Notes: generated by a model not told the origin, from the letters alone. DNA of 64,000 nt from an uncultured Gemmataceae bacterium (GCA_963750165.1 CAVVPN010000003.1:608001-672000), one strand, 5' to 3'. Counted from the stretch's first letter, positions 52,531 to 62,452 are shown. Made by a program: numbers and translations.

Positions 52531-53370
52531 ATGCGATCCTCATTACGCGACAAAATTGTCCTCGTCACGGGTGGCTCATCGGGCATCGGTCGGGCCACCG
52601 CTCTGCGGTTGGCGGCCCTCGGTGCCCGCGTCAGCCTGGCGTCGCGCAACGCGGCGGCGCTGGAGGTGGTGGCGCAGCAAATCAAGGACGCCGGCTCCGA
52701 GGCGTTGGTGGTGCCGACGGACGTGACCGACGCGGAGCAGTGCCGGCGGGCGGTCGAGGCGACGGTGGAGCGCTTCGGCGGCCTGGACGTGGCGCTGAAC
52801 TCGGCGGGCCTGTCGATGCGGGCGTACTTCGAGCACTGCGCGCTTGCCGGCATGGAAACCGTCATGCGTGTCAACTTCTTCGGCACGCTGTACGTGACGC
52901 ACTTCGCGCTGCCGCATGTCATTCAGCGGCGCGGCTCGCTGGTGGCGCTGAGCAGCCTGACGGGCATCCGCGGCGTGCCGTCGTATTCGCTCTACGGGGC
53001 AAGCAAGTTCGCGGTGCGCGGGCTGTACCAGGCGCTGCGGTTGGAGCTGAAGCGGCACGGCGTTCACGTGGGGGTGGTGTCACCGGGATTCGTGGCGACT
53101 CCCCTGCGCGAGAACGTGCTGGGGCCGGACGGCCGGCCGTGGCCGGAGCCGCCGGCGCCGCCGTTCCGCGTCTGGCCGGTGGAGAAGGTGGCGGATAAGG
53201 TGGTGCGGTTGATCGTCAAGCGGCGGGCGGAGGCGCTGATCCCGTGGTGGGTGGGACCGGTGCTGAAGCTGGACGAGTTGGTGGTGATGTCTTGGATCGG
53301 CGACGCGGTGCTGCGCTGGAAGCTCCCGCCGGAACGGATCGACGGGGACGCGAAAGGGGGGACGGCATGA
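52531..53370 (+). CDS. Short-chain dehydrogenase/reductase
   Basis: VTGGSSGIG, LNSAG, YGASK (YxxxK). Confidence 0.93.
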   Translation: MRSSLRDKIVLVTGGSSGIGRATALRLAALGARVSLASRNAAALEVVAQQIKDAGSEALVVPTDVTDAEQCRRAVEATVERFGGLDVALNSAGLSMRAYFEHCALAGMETVMRVNFFGTLYVTHFALPHVIQRRGSLVALSSLTGIRGVPSYSLYGASKFAVRGLYQALRLELKRHGVHVGVVSPGFVATPLRENVLGPDGRPWPEPPAPPFRVWPVEKVADKVVRLIVKRRAEALIPWWVGPVLKLDELVVMSWIGDAVLRWKLPPERIDGDAKGGTA

Positions 53371-54077
53371 CGGAGGCGGAATGGCCGGCGTTCGCTGATC
53401 CCGGGCCGATGTTGCGCCACCTGACCGGCAAGATCAGCGAGCGGAAATTGCGGCTCTTCGCCTGTGGCTGTAGCCGCCGCCTGCTGCCTTTGTTGCGTGA
53501 CCCGCGGCTGGAGGAAGTGCTACTCCTGGCCGAGCAACTGGCCGAGGGGATGGCCAGCGCCAAGGAGCGGTTGCTGGTCCTGGTGGACGCGATTCAAACA
53601 GAAGCCACCGCAACGCCACCGGCAACAGCGGCCTATCAAGGCATCATGGGGTTTCTACTCGTCTGCTGCTTCCCCAATCACGCCATGTTCGAGTTGGGGT
53701 TACGTTCACTGGCCAACGCGGTTGCCTGGGACACGATGCCGGGGGCGACCATTGTGGAAGACGATTGGGCTTCCCCCCATGATCCAGAGTGGCAAGCGGC
53801 GTACACGGCGGAGCGGAGACGACAGGCGATCTTGCTTCGTGATGTGGTTGCCAATCCCTTTCGTCCGGTCGCCCTCCCCGTCCTCTGGTTGTCCTCGACC
53901 GTGGTTCAGTTGGCTCAAGCGGTTTACGATGAACGGGCGTTCGACCGCCTTCCCATTCTTGCGGACGCCCTCGAAGAAGCCGGCTGCACCGACACCGCCA
54001 TCCTCGGCCATTGCCGCCAACCCGGCGAGCACGTCCGCGGCTGCTGGGTGATCGACCTCCTGCTTGGGAAACAATAA
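53367..54077 (+). CDS. Gemmataceae-type expanded-family hypothetical protein (MTEAEW...LADALEEAGC...HVRGCW)
   Basis: MTEAEW, RKLRLFAC, LLRDVVANPFRP, ILADALEEAGC, HCRQPGEHVRGCWVIDLLL; ATGA overlap with SDR. Confidence 0.85.
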   Translation: MTEAEWPAFADPGPMLRHLTGKISERKLRLFACGCSRRLLPLLRDPRLEEVLLLAEQLAEGMASAKERLLVLVDAIQTEATATPPATAAYQGIMGFLLVCCFPNHAMFELGLRSLANAVAWDTMPGATIVEDDWASPHDPEWQAAYTAERRRQAILLRDVVANPFRPVALPVLWLSSTVVQLAQAVYDERAFDRLPILADALEEAGCTDTAILGHCRQPGEHVRGCWVIDLLLGKQ

Positions 54078-54238
54078 CACCTCTATTTCCGCGCTCCGAT
54101 TTCCGATAACAACTTTGCCGGATAAAGTTCACTTGACATCTACCGCCCACATCGTTAACTTTGCCGCGTAAAGTAATTGGCAGGTTGAAGCCCAGGCGGT
54201 CCACACCGCCCCGCTCCCCCATTGTCCCAGGAGGTGCC

Positions 54239-55061
54239 ATGTCCCCCGTTGACCGGCCCGCCCCAACCGCCGCCGGCCCCGCGGCTTCGCGCCGCTGGGT
54301 GCGCTACTTCCACAAAAACGCCGGCGCATTACTGCCGATCCCCTGGCACGACGGGCCGACGCTGACGCCCGCGGAGGGCGCCGCGGTGCTGCCGTCGTTG
54401 CGCGAGTTCCAGCGCGGCGAAAGCCTGGAGGGCCGCCACTTCTTCGTGGTCGCCCGCGCCCACGCCGAGCGCGCCGGCGACCCGGAGTACGCCGAGGCGC
54501 ACCGCCTGTTCATGGCCGAGGAGCGGCGGCACGGCGACACCCTGGCCCGCTTCCTGCGCCAGGAGGGGACCGCGCCGCTGGAGCACTGCACGACGGCCAG
54601 CTGGCTCTTCCGCTGGTGCGGCAGCCGCGCCGGCCTGGAGTTGATCCTCCTTGTCGTCCTGTTCGCGGAGGTGCTCGCCCAGGTGTACTACCGCGCCCTG
54701 CTCGCCGCCACCGGCTCGCCGACGCTGCGCCGGTTGTGCGTCCAGCTGCTGTGCGACGAGGCCCAGCACGTCCGCTTTCACTGCGAGCGGCTCGCCCTGC
54801 TGCGCCGCGGCCGGCCCGCCTGGCGGCGGGCGCTGACGCGCCTCGTGGATCACGCCCTGTTCTGTTGTGCGTTCCTGGTGTGCTGGTGGGGCCACGCCCG
54901 CGCCCTGCGCCGGCGGCCACGGCCTGTGCCGCACCTGGCACGCCGCCCGCGCCAAGTACCGTCGCGCCCGCGGCCTGATGCGCCTGCCGCCCCAGATCAC
55001 GTGGGACAGGCTTCCAGCCTGTCAGGTCAACGACAGGCTGGAAGCCTGTCCCACGATTTAA
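54239..55061 (+). CDS. Ferritin-like (diiron) domain protein; frameshift at ~54908
   Basis: FQRGES, EERRHG, AEVLAQVYY, DEAQHVRFH (paired ExxH); GGAGG RBS; C-terminus continues in ORF 54867-55061. Confidence 0.8.
55001..55054. repeat. REP-like palindrome (GTGGGACAGGCTTCCAGCCTGTC)
   Basis: Perfect 23-bp arms at 55001-55023 and 55032-55054. Confidence 0.88.
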
Positions 55062-55088
55062 TCCCCGTTCTCAACCCAGGAGCCTGTC

Positions 55089-56600
55089 ATGACCACGGAG
55101 TGGTTCCCCCGCGCCATGCGCGTCGCCCCGCACCTCGACCCGAACCTGCGCACCGGCCCGGTTCAGTCGAAGCACGCCCTGCTGTTGAACCCGTTCTACC
55201 GCAAGGACCCGCACGCCAGCTTTGGCAAGCACGTCCTGACGCCGAGCCTGGCGCTGACCAGCATCGCCGCCGCGACGCCCCCCGACTGGACCGTGCAATA
55301 CTGGGACGAGAACCTCCTGCAAGGCCCGCCGCCCGCGGAGCCGTTCCCGCAGGTGGTCGGCATCAGCGTGCACCTGACCTTCGCCCGCCGCGCCTACGAG
55401 CTGGCCGACTGGTATCGCCGCCGCGGTGCCACCGTCATCATGGGCGGCCTGCACGTGCTGTCCTGCCCCGACGAGGTTCGGCCGCACGCCGACGCCGTGG
55501 TCCTGGGCGAGGGCGTCCACGTCTGGGGCGAGCTGCTGCGCGACGTGGAGCGCGGCCAACTGCGGCCGGTCTACCACGGCGACTACCGCCGCCCCTACCG
55601 CGACGATCCGCCGCCGCGCCGCGACCTGCTGCCGCGCGACAGCTTCTTGACGACGACGAGCCTGATCGCGACGCGCGGCTGTCACAACCGCTGCGGCTTC
55701 TGCTACCTGGCCACCGACGGCCTGCACATGCCCTACCTGACGCGCGACGTGGAACAGGTCGTCGCCGAGTTCGCCGCGGACGGCCAGCCCTACGCGGTCT
55801 TCGTGGACAACAACCTCGGCTCGAAACCGGAGTACTTGCGGGCGCTGTGCCGGGCGCTGCGGCCGCTGGAAAAGATCTGGAGTGCCGCGGTCACCATTGA
55901 CGTGACGGACGACCCGGCGCTGGTGCGCGAGATGGCGCTGGCGGGCTGCACGGGGGTGTTCGTCGGCTTCGAGTCGCTGCAGGGCGAGAACCTCGACGAC
56001 GCCCGCAAAAAGACGCCGCGGCCGGAGGACTACGCCCGCCGTGTCGCCCTGTTGCACGACCACGGCATCCAGGTCAACGGCAGTTTCGTGCTCGGCTTCG
56101 ACCACGACCGGCCCGACGTGTTCGCGCGGACGGTGGAGTGGATCGAGACGAACCGCCTGGAATGCGCTACGTTCCACATCATGACGCCCTACCCGGGCAC
56201 GCCGCTTTACCGCCAGCTGGAGGCGGAGGGCCGGCTGCTGCACCGCGACTGGGAACGGTACGACACGGGGCACGTCGTTTTCCGGCCGAAGCACATGACG
56301 GTGGAGCAACTGGCGGAGGGTTATGCGTGGTGCTACCGGCGGCTGTTCTCGCACGCCTCGATTTGGCGGCGGCGGCCACGGGACGCACGGGCGGTGCTGC
56401 CGTACCTGGCGATGTCGTACCTGTATAAGCGGAGTAATCGGCTCTGGTACTGGTTGATTCGGCAGCGCCTGACGGCGGCGGTGTGGCGGGGGTTGGTGGA
56501 GTGTACGCGGCGCCGGCACGTGCGTTTTCGCCGTGAACTGGCGACGGCCGCGGAGCCGGCGGTGCGACGGGCGGCGGCGGTGCTGTCGGCGGGGGTGTGA
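55089..56600 (+). CDS. B12-binding domain radical SAM protein
   Basis: VIMGGLHV, VLGEG, TRGCHNRCGFC (CxxxCxxC), FVDNN, VGFES, TPYPGT. Confidence 0.92.
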   Translation: MTTEWFPRAMRVAPHLDPNLRTGPVQSKHALLLNPFYRKDPHASFGKHVLTPSLALTSIAAATPPDWTVQYWDENLLQGPPPAEPFPQVVGISVHLTFARRAYELADWYRRRGATVIMGGLHVLSCPDEVRPHADAVVLGEGVHVWGELLRDVERGQLRPVYHGDYRRPYRDDPPPRRDLLPRDSFLTTTSLIATRGCHNRCGFCYLATDGLHMPYLTRDVEQVVAEFAADGQPYAVFVDNNLGSKPEYLRALCRALRPLEKIWSAAVTIDVTDDPALVREMALAGCTGVFVGFESLQGENLDDARKKTPRPEDYARRVALLHDHGIQVNGSFVLGFDHDRPDVFARTVEWIETNRLECATFHIMTPYPGTPLYRQLEAEGRLLHRDWERYDTGHVVFRPKHMTVEQLAEGYAWCYRRLFSHASIWRRRPRDARAVLPYLAMSYLYKRSNRLWYWLIRQRLTAAVWRGLVECTRRRHVRFRRELATAAEPAVRRAAAVLSAGV

Positions 56601-56624
56601 CGATGAGCCGCCGTTGCGGCGCCG

Positions 56625-57848
56625 CTACTTCCGGATGCGAGCGTTGACGGCGACCAGGGCCTCGCTGGCCGCGGTGCGCACGTTGCGGTCGCGATCCTTC
56701 TGCAACTGACGCAGCGTCGGCAGGCAGTTCGCGGTGCCGATGCGGTTGAGGATGCGGCACGCTTCCAGACGGATGCCGGCGTCCCTGTCCGTGGCGGACT
56801 GCAACACGAGCGCTTCCGCCGCCGGGCCGTAGTTTTGCAGCACCTTGCTGGCCTGCTCCCGATCCGGCCCAAGCCGCAGCCAGATGCGTTCGAGAGCGCG
56901 CGGGTCACGCAGGTCGCCCAGCACCTCCAGCGCCAGGTGCCGCACCCCGGCGTCGTTGTGGTCGAGCAGATCCACCAGCGCTGTCGTGCTGTTCGGGGTC
57001 GCCCACTTCTTCAGCAGCGGCCGGGCCGTGTCCCGGTTCAGATCATTCTGATTCTTGATCCGCTCCAGCACCTTGTTCGTCACCTCGGCGCGCAGGGCCT
57101 CGTCCACCGGCTGCTTGTTCAGCAGGTCCAGCCCCAGCTGCCGCACGCCGCCATCGCTGTTGTCGATCAGTTTGAGCAGCGCCGGCACGCTGTCCGGCCC
57201 GGCCCAGTGGCGCACCGTCTGCCGCGCCGCCTCGCGGGTAAAGCCGTTGCCGTCGTTGACGTTTTCAATGGCCCGCTCCACCACTTCCTGACGCCGATGC
57301 GCCAGCACCGGCGCCCGCGCCAGCGCTTCGAAGGCGTCCTTGCGCCGCCAGCCGTCCGCCTCGTGGGTGACCGCCAGCACCTGCGTCAACTGCTCGTCGT
57401 TCTGCGGCGTCTCGATTTTTTGCGGGCCGAGCATGGACAGGCTCAAGAAACTGCCACCGAAGATGAACCAAAAAACCGTGCGGACCACGATGCCGATGCC
57501 GCACGCCACACTGAGGAAGATCGTGCCCGCAATCAGCTCTCGGGCCCACACCGACTTCACCCGTCGCGGCTTGCGGACGTTGGGGCCTTTGGGCGGCGGG
57601 ATCAGTTCGTCGGGGGGCGGCCGGCGCTGGGACTCGTCGCGCTCTGGGATCAGGCTGCGACCGCGGCCGCGCCGCGCTGGCAGCACTTCCGGGATGGGTT
57701 CGTCCTCGGTAATTTCTTCCGCGAGCGGTTCCGGCGCCCGCACGGTGAACGGCTGCTTGCAACTGGGGCAGCGGACGCGCTTGCCCAGCAATTCGTCCGG
57801 GACCGCCACCGGCCTGGCGCAATCGGGACAGGTCATCTCAATGGACAT
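56625..57848 (-). CDS. Zinc-ribbon / TM / HEAT-repeat protein
   Basis: CPDC..GKRVRCPSC; hydrophobic segment; VRHLALEVLGDL, IRLEACRILNRIG, VRTAASEAL. Confidence 0.85.
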   Translation of the reverse strand: MSIEMTCPDCARPVAVPDELLGKRVRCPSCKQPFTVRAPEPLAEEITEDEPIPEVLPARRGRGRSLIPERDESQRRPPPDELIPPPKGPNVRKPRRVKSVWARELIAGTIFLSVACGIGIVVRTVFWFIFGGSFLSLSMLGPQKIETPQNDEQLTQVLAVTHEADGWRRKDAFEALARAPVLAHRRQEVVERAIENVNDGNGFTREAARQTVRHWAGPDSVPALLKLIDNSDGGVRQLGLDLLNKQPVDEALRAEVTNKVLERIKNQNDLNRDTARPLLKKWATPNSTTALVDLLDHNDAGVRHLALEVLGDLRDPRALERIWLRLGPDREQASKVLQNYGPAAEALVLQSATDRDAGIRLEACRILNRIGTANCLPTLRQLQKDRDRNVRTAASEALVAVNARIRK

Positions 57849-57877
57849 GGTCGTGGCCGGGTGAAGGTGGGCTGTTT

Positions 57878-57931
57878 TTTACCGCTGCTTGCGACCTGGC
57901 GCACGTCCGCCAGGTCGCAAGCAGCGGTAAA
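57878..57931. repeat. Intergenic inverted repeat (REP-like or terminator)
   Basis: 24-bp arms TTTACCGCTGCTTGCGACCTGGCG / CGCCAGGTCGCAAGCAGCGGTAAA. Confidence 0.8.
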
Positions 57932-57946
57932 GCAGACGAGGACGGG

Positions 57947-58909
57947 TCAACGGTGGCTGAAGCGCTTGGCGACGCCGGTCAGCTCCATGGCCAGGGTGGT
58001 CGCCAGCAGCAGCACCTTGAGGTTGGGATGCTCGCGCACTTCCTCGTTCATGGTGATGGTCGTGCCAACCGCGCCCCAGATAAACTTGACCTTCTTGGCC
58101 TCAGACGCCTCGTCGGAAATGCGCGCCAGGTTGCGGCCGTCCTCCGAGTCGAAGTCGATGTAGCTCTTCAGGAAGTAGGGCTTGACCTCCGCGATCTGAT
58201 TGTCGTCGGCGTCGTAGACCCAGAAGCCGCCGCGCAGCGAGAACAACTTGGTCTGGAAGTAGCCGATCTTCTCCGCGAACTGGTTGAAGATCTCGATCTT
58301 GGTCACGAACGAGAACCACTGCACCGGCTTGCGCACCGTGAACAGAATCGGCCCCTTGTCCTCCTCGCGCACCTCAATTACCGTCGCCAGCCACGGTTTG
58401 ATCGATTTGATGCTGCGCAGGATCATCGTGAAGATGCCGAGACGCTCGGCGGCAATGCCCAGCTCTTCCTCGGTGTCCGGGTTGGTGATCTTGAACTTGG
58501 CGCCGCCGAAGAAGACGATCTTGGCCTTGACCTTGAAGCGGTCGTGCTTGAGCATCTCACAGGTTTCCCAGAGGTGCTCGAGTTCGTCGTCGCCTTCGTC
58601 GTCATCATCGCGGCGGGCGGGGGCCTTGGCGGCAGGCTTCTTGGCCGGGGCCGGCGGCGGCCCGGCGCTGACAGCCTTGCCGCTGGCCGCCTTCGCCGCC
58701 GGCGCCTTGGGCACGGGCGGCGGTCCACCGGCCCCCTTGACGTTGCCGTTGGCCTTGGGTGGCGCGGCCCCGGTGACGGCCGCATCGGCCGCGGGAATCT
58801 TCAGCGGCTGCTGGCAGCCGGGACAGCGGACAGTCTTGCCGGCCAACTCGTCCTTGACGCGCAGCGTCTTGGCACAGTCGGCGTTGGTGCAGGTTACCTG
58901 GATTGGCAT
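57947..58909 (-). CDS. Zinc-ribbon + scramblase/Tubby-C (LURP-one)-like protein
   Basis: CTNADC..GKTVRCPGC, Pro/Ala linker, then beta-rich repeats (ILFTVRK, IGYFQTK, FWVYDADDNQIAEV) and a C-terminal KVLLLATTLAME helix. Confidence 0.75.
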   Translation of the reverse strand: MPIQVTCTNADCAKTLRVKDELAGKTVRCPGCQQPLKIPAADAAVTGAAPPKANGNVKGAGGPPPVPKAPAAKAASGKAVSAGPPPAPAKKPAAKAPARRDDDDEGDDELEHLWETCEMLKHDRFKVKAKIVFFGGAKFKITNPDTEEELGIAAERLGIFTMILRSIKSIKPWLATVIEVREEDKGPILFTVRKPVQWFSFVTKIEIFNQFAEKIGYFQTKLFSLRGGFWVYDADDNQIAEVKPYFLKSYIDFDSEDGRNLARISDEASEAKKVKFIWGAVGTTITMNEEVREHPNLKVLLLATTLAMELTGVAKRFSHR

Positions 58910-59050
58910 GGGAGGAGTCTCGCAAAAAATCGCCCGCGAGGGAGCTTGCCTGGTGTCGGCCCGGGTGGGTCCGTCTGCGATATTTCTGTGAGTATAGACA
59001 CTTCCATTCCGGAAGCGAACCAGAATTTGGAAATCCTCTCCGCCTGCGGC

Positions 59051-60382
59051 TCACAGCAATTCGTGGATGACGCGGCCGTTGGTGTTGACGACACGCACCG
59101 GCCGGCCCTCCGCAGTGTAGAACTCCTCATTCGGGTCGATGCCGAGCAGGTGATAGATGGTGGCGGCCAGGTCTTCGGGGCCATGCGCGGGGCCGTTGGG
59201 CCGCTCGGCGCGGGCGTCGGTGCGGCCGACCACGCGGCCGCCGACGATACCACCGCCGCCCAGCGCCACGGTGAACGCCGGGCCCCAGTGGTCGCGGCCG
59301 GCGTTACGGTTGATGCGCGGCGTACGGCCAAATTCGCCCGTCACCACCACCAACGTCCGTTGCAACAGGCTGCGGTCGTGCAAATCGCGGAACAGCGTCG
59401 CCAGCGCCGCGTCCAGCGACGGCAGTTGACGGCGCAACGTCGCGAAGTTGTTGTCGTGCGTGTCCCAGTTGCTGTGGTCGATGGTCACACAGCGCACGCC
59501 CGCCTCGACCAGCCGCCGCGCCATCAGGCAGCACTGGCCCAGCGAATCACGGCCGTACTCGTCGCGCAGCCGCGGCGACTCCTGGCCGATGTCGAACGCC
59601 CGCCGCGCCGCTGGCGAGGACATCAGGTTGAAGGCGTCGCGCTGGAACGTGCTCACCGCCTGGACGTGCCGGTTTGCCGTGGCCTCGGTCGCCGCGCGGA
59701 AGCGGTCGAGCTGGGCCAGGAGCTGCTGGCGGTTCTGCAGGCGGCCGGCGTCGAGGGCCGGCGGCGGCACGATGTCGGGCACGGTGAAGTTGGGGGCGTT
59801 GGGATCGGCGTCGATGACGAACGGGGCGCAGCCGGAGCCGAGGTAGGCGGGGCCGCAGCTGGGGTGCATTTTCGGCAGGCAGACGTAGGGCGGTACGCCG
59901 CCGCGCGGCCCCAGCTTGCGGGCGATGACAGCGCCGTGGGCCGGCCGCTGGTTGTTCGGCTTCAGGTTCGGGTTGAAGCCGGCCACCGGGAAGTAGCCCG
60001 TCAGCATGTAATGGTCGCCGGGACCGTGGTCGCTGTTGTGGTGGCGGAAGGCGCGGATCAGCGAAAATTTATCCAGGTGCCGGGCCGTGCGCGGCAGGTG
60101 TTCGCAGACCTGCACGCCGGGCACGTTGGTGGCGATGGGCCGGAACTCGCCGCGGAACTCCGCGGGGGCGTCCGGCTTGAGGTCAAAGGTGTCGATGGTG
60201 CTCAGGCCACCGTGCAGGAAGAGGAAGATGAGCGACACGTCGCGCGGACTGCCGCCGTGCTGGCGCGCGTGCGCCTGGAGTTCGAGCAACCGCGGCAGCG
60301 TCAGGCCGAACAGGCCCGCGGTGCCCAGGCGGAGAACGTCGCGGCGGCTGAGGCCATCGCAGAATGTACTGGCGTGTGTCAT
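59051..60382 (-). CDS. DUF1501 family protein
   Basis: SRRDVLRLG leader, LHGGLSTIDTFDLKP, WDTH, TGEFGRTP, GRDHW. Confidence 0.92.
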   Translation of the reverse strand: MTHASTFCDGLSRRDVLRLGTAGLFGLTLPRLLELQAHARQHGGSPRDVSLIFLFLHGGLSTIDTFDLKPDAPAEFRGEFRPIATNVPGVQVCEHLPRTARHLDKFSLIRAFRHHNSDHGPGDHYMLTGYFPVAGFNPNLKPNNQRPAHGAVIARKLGPRGGVPPYVCLPKMHPSCGPAYLGSGCAPFVIDADPNAPNFTVPDIVPPPALDAGRLQNRQQLLAQLDRFRAATEATANRHVQAVSTFQRDAFNLMSSPAARRAFDIGQESPRLRDEYGRDSLGQCCLMARRLVEAGVRCVTIDHSNWDTHDNNFATLRRQLPSLDAALATLFRDLHDRSLLQRTLVVVTGEFGRTPRINRNAGRDHWGPAFTVALGGGGIVGGRVVGRTDARAERPNGPAHGPEDLAATIYHLLGIDPNEEFYTAEGRPVRVVNTNGRVIHELL

Positions 60383-60542
60383 CGTCTTGCTCCTAACAAC
60401 TCAGCTGCGGCGGGTCTCATATTGATTATAACAAAGCCCCGATCTACTCCCGCGCATTTTCAGCCGTTTCACAACAGTCACTCCTGATGCCGAGCGCGGT
60501 CACCACGGTTGGCGGGTTGACGCCGTTGACAAGGAGACGGAC

Positions 60543-60567
60543 GCAGGTTCGAGTCCTGCCGAGGGCA
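60543..60567 (+). other. tRNA 3'-end fragment (T-arm + acceptor 3' strand), possible att-site scar
   Basis: GCAGG-TTCGAGT-CCTGC T-arm followed by CGAGGGC-A; no complementary 5' acceptor strand or D-arm at the expected upstream distance. Confidence 0.65.
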
Positions 60568-60743
60568 CACCAGTACACTGCATCAGGTAGCGGGCTTCCG
60601 TCATTTCTGGGGACGGATGGGCGCAGGCGCGGCAGATTGCTGCGCGAGTATACTGAAGAGGTTCGCCGAACCGTCCTTGGTTTCGCTGGCAAGGAAATCG
60701 CGGCCGCGCCAGCAGGGCGCGATCGGAGGCGGGGACTCAAATC

Positions 60744-61817
60744 ATGAAATACAACGTGCTCATTCTGGGGGCCTCTTACGGCTCGTTATTCGGCACCAAG
60801 TTATTGCTGGCCGGGCACCGCGTTGCGCTGGTCTGCACCAGGCCCACCGCCGAATTGATGAACCGAGAAGGGACCGTGGTGCGCTTTCCGATCAAGGGTC
60901 GGGAGTCGCTGCTCGACATCGCATCGCAGCAACTGCCGGGCACGCTGACTGCGGCCACGCCGGACGAGATCAACCCGGCCCCGTTCGACCTGGTTGTGCT
61001 CGGAATGCAGGAGGCCCAGTACGGTTCGCCCGGGGTCCGCGAACTCATGGGCCGCGTGGCCCGCGCGCGCGTGCCCTGCCTGGCGATCATGAACATGCCG
61101 CCGTTGCCCTACCTCAAGCGAATCCCTGGGCTGAGGACGGAAGCGCTCGAGTCGTGCTACGTCGATCCGCGTGTCTGGGACGAGTTCGATCCCGGGCTAA
61201 CCACGCTGGCGAGTCCCGATCCCCAGGCCTTTCGCCCGCCGGAGCAGCCCAGGAACGTTCTTCAGGTGGGCTTGCCGACCAACTTCAAGGCGGCGCGCTT
61301 CGGTGCCGAGGAGCCGACCGCTCTGCTGCGCCAGTTCGAGGCCGACATCGACCAGGCCCGCTACGACGCTGGCGACGGTCCCATCGAAATCCCGGTGAAG
61401 CTCAAGGTATACGATTCCCTGTTCGTGCCGCTGGCCAAATGGCCGATGCTGCTGGCCGGCAACTACCGTTGCATCCGGCGGGACAACATGATCTCCATTC
61501 AAGAGGCGATCCACGCCAACACCGACAAATCCCGTGAGATCTACAACTGGGTGTGGAAACTCTGCACCACTCTGGGCGCCGAGGATGCCGACCTGGTGCC
61601 GTTCGAGAAGTACGCCAAGGCGGCCGAGAGCCTTGTCAAACCCTCGTCCGCGGCGCGGGCGCTTTTTGGCGGCGATGAGCACATCGAGCGGATCGATTGG
61701 CTGGTCCGGCGGATCGCCGATCAACATGGCTTGCACTCCGAGACGCTGGACGAGATCGTCGCACTGGTGGACGAGCGCCTGGCAAAGAACCGCGCGTCAA
61801 GGCGAAGTCGTGTTTGA
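60744..61817 (+). CDS. Rossmann-fold protein, ketopantoate-reductase (PanE/ApbA)-like
   Basis: VLILGASYGSL dinucleotide-binding-like start, FDLVVLGMQE, helical C-terminal domain. Confidence 0.7.
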   Translation: MKYNVLILGASYGSLFGTKLLLAGHRVALVCTRPTAELMNREGTVVRFPIKGRESLLDIASQQLPGTLTAATPDEINPAPFDLVVLGMQEAQYGSPGVRELMGRVARARVPCLAIMNMPPLPYLKRIPGLRTEALESCYVDPRVWDEFDPGLTTLASPDPQAFRPPEQPRNVLQVGLPTNFKAARFGAEEPTALLRQFEADIDQARYDAGDGPIEIPVKLKVYDSLFVPLAKWPMLLAGNYRCIRRDNMISIQEAIHANTDKSREIYNWVWKLCTTLGAEDADLVPFEKYAKAAESLVKPSSAARALFGGDEHIERIDWLVRRIADQHGLHSETLDEIVALVDERLAKNRASRRSRV

Positions 61818-61838
61818 ATTTGACGGGAATTTTTGGAT

Positions 61839-61976
61839 GGTGGGTCGGTAATGTTGCCAGCCTTCAGATCTCCAGATTTTTCTGCGGATTGATGCTGCGC
61901 CGGCTTTTCGGCGCCGAAGCGCCTTCTCATTGTGGCTGCTTGCATTGCGTCAACTTGGCAACATTACCGACCCACC
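61839..61976. repeat. 138-bp element with 21-bp perfect terminal inverted repeats (REPIN/MITE-like)
   Basis: GGTGGGTCGGTAATGTTGCCA at 61839-61859 and its reverse complement at 61956-61976. Confidence 0.78.
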
Positions 61977-61984
61977 GCCGAAGA

Positions 61985-62341
61985 TCAGGTTCCCCGCTGC
62001 TTTTCCTCTCTCCGCGCCTCCGCCGCCAACAGCCGCTCCAGCAGCACCGGGTTGACTGCCCCGCGGAAGCGCCACTTCCCCTGCACCGTCACGACCGGCA
62101 CGCTCTGGCCGTATCGCGCCGTCAGCGCGGCGTCGTTGTCGATGGTGACCAGACGCAGCCTATAATGCCAATGGCGCTGGAAGCGCTGCAACACCGGCCA
62201 CACCTTGTCGCACAACGGACAGTCGGAACGGCTGTACATCACCACCTCGACGTGGGGTAGCGACCGCGGTGGTGAAGACCGCCCTCTGCGACCGGTGAAA
62301 AACCGGCGAAGAAGGTGTGCAGTTTGCTTCCAAAAACCCAT
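61985..62341 (-). CDS. Glutaredoxin-like protein (DUF836 type)
   Basis: VVMYSRSDCPLCD, ARYGQSVPVV. Confidence 0.85.
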   Translation of the reverse strand: MGFWKQTAHLLRRFFTGRRGRSSPPRSLPHVEVVMYSRSDCPLCDKVWPVLQRFQRHWHYRLRLVTIDNDAALTARYGQSVPVVTVQGKWRFRGAVNPVLLERLLAAEARREEKQRGT

Positions 62342-62452
62342 ACGGGTGCGCCGTAGTCACGCCTGAAGGCGTTTGGTATGCTAGTGAAAATGCCGGCCGC
62401 CCCGACGAACGCCACGAAGCCGCGTCGAGGCCCGGCGGTATGAGGATATTCC

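Noticed and set aside
54161..55900. 579-aa ferritin fusion ORF
   Set aside because: Product of a frameshift at ~54908 reading out of frame over the radical SAM gene.
57953..60487. 844-aa plus-strand ORF (also 11283-13127, 13111-15066, 62540-63967)
   Set aside because: Antisense shadows of well-supported genes (DUF1501, PSD1, ftsH).
60489..60572. Complete tRNA gene
   Set aside because: No pairing 5' acceptor strand, D-arm or anticodon arm; only the 3' part is tRNA-like.
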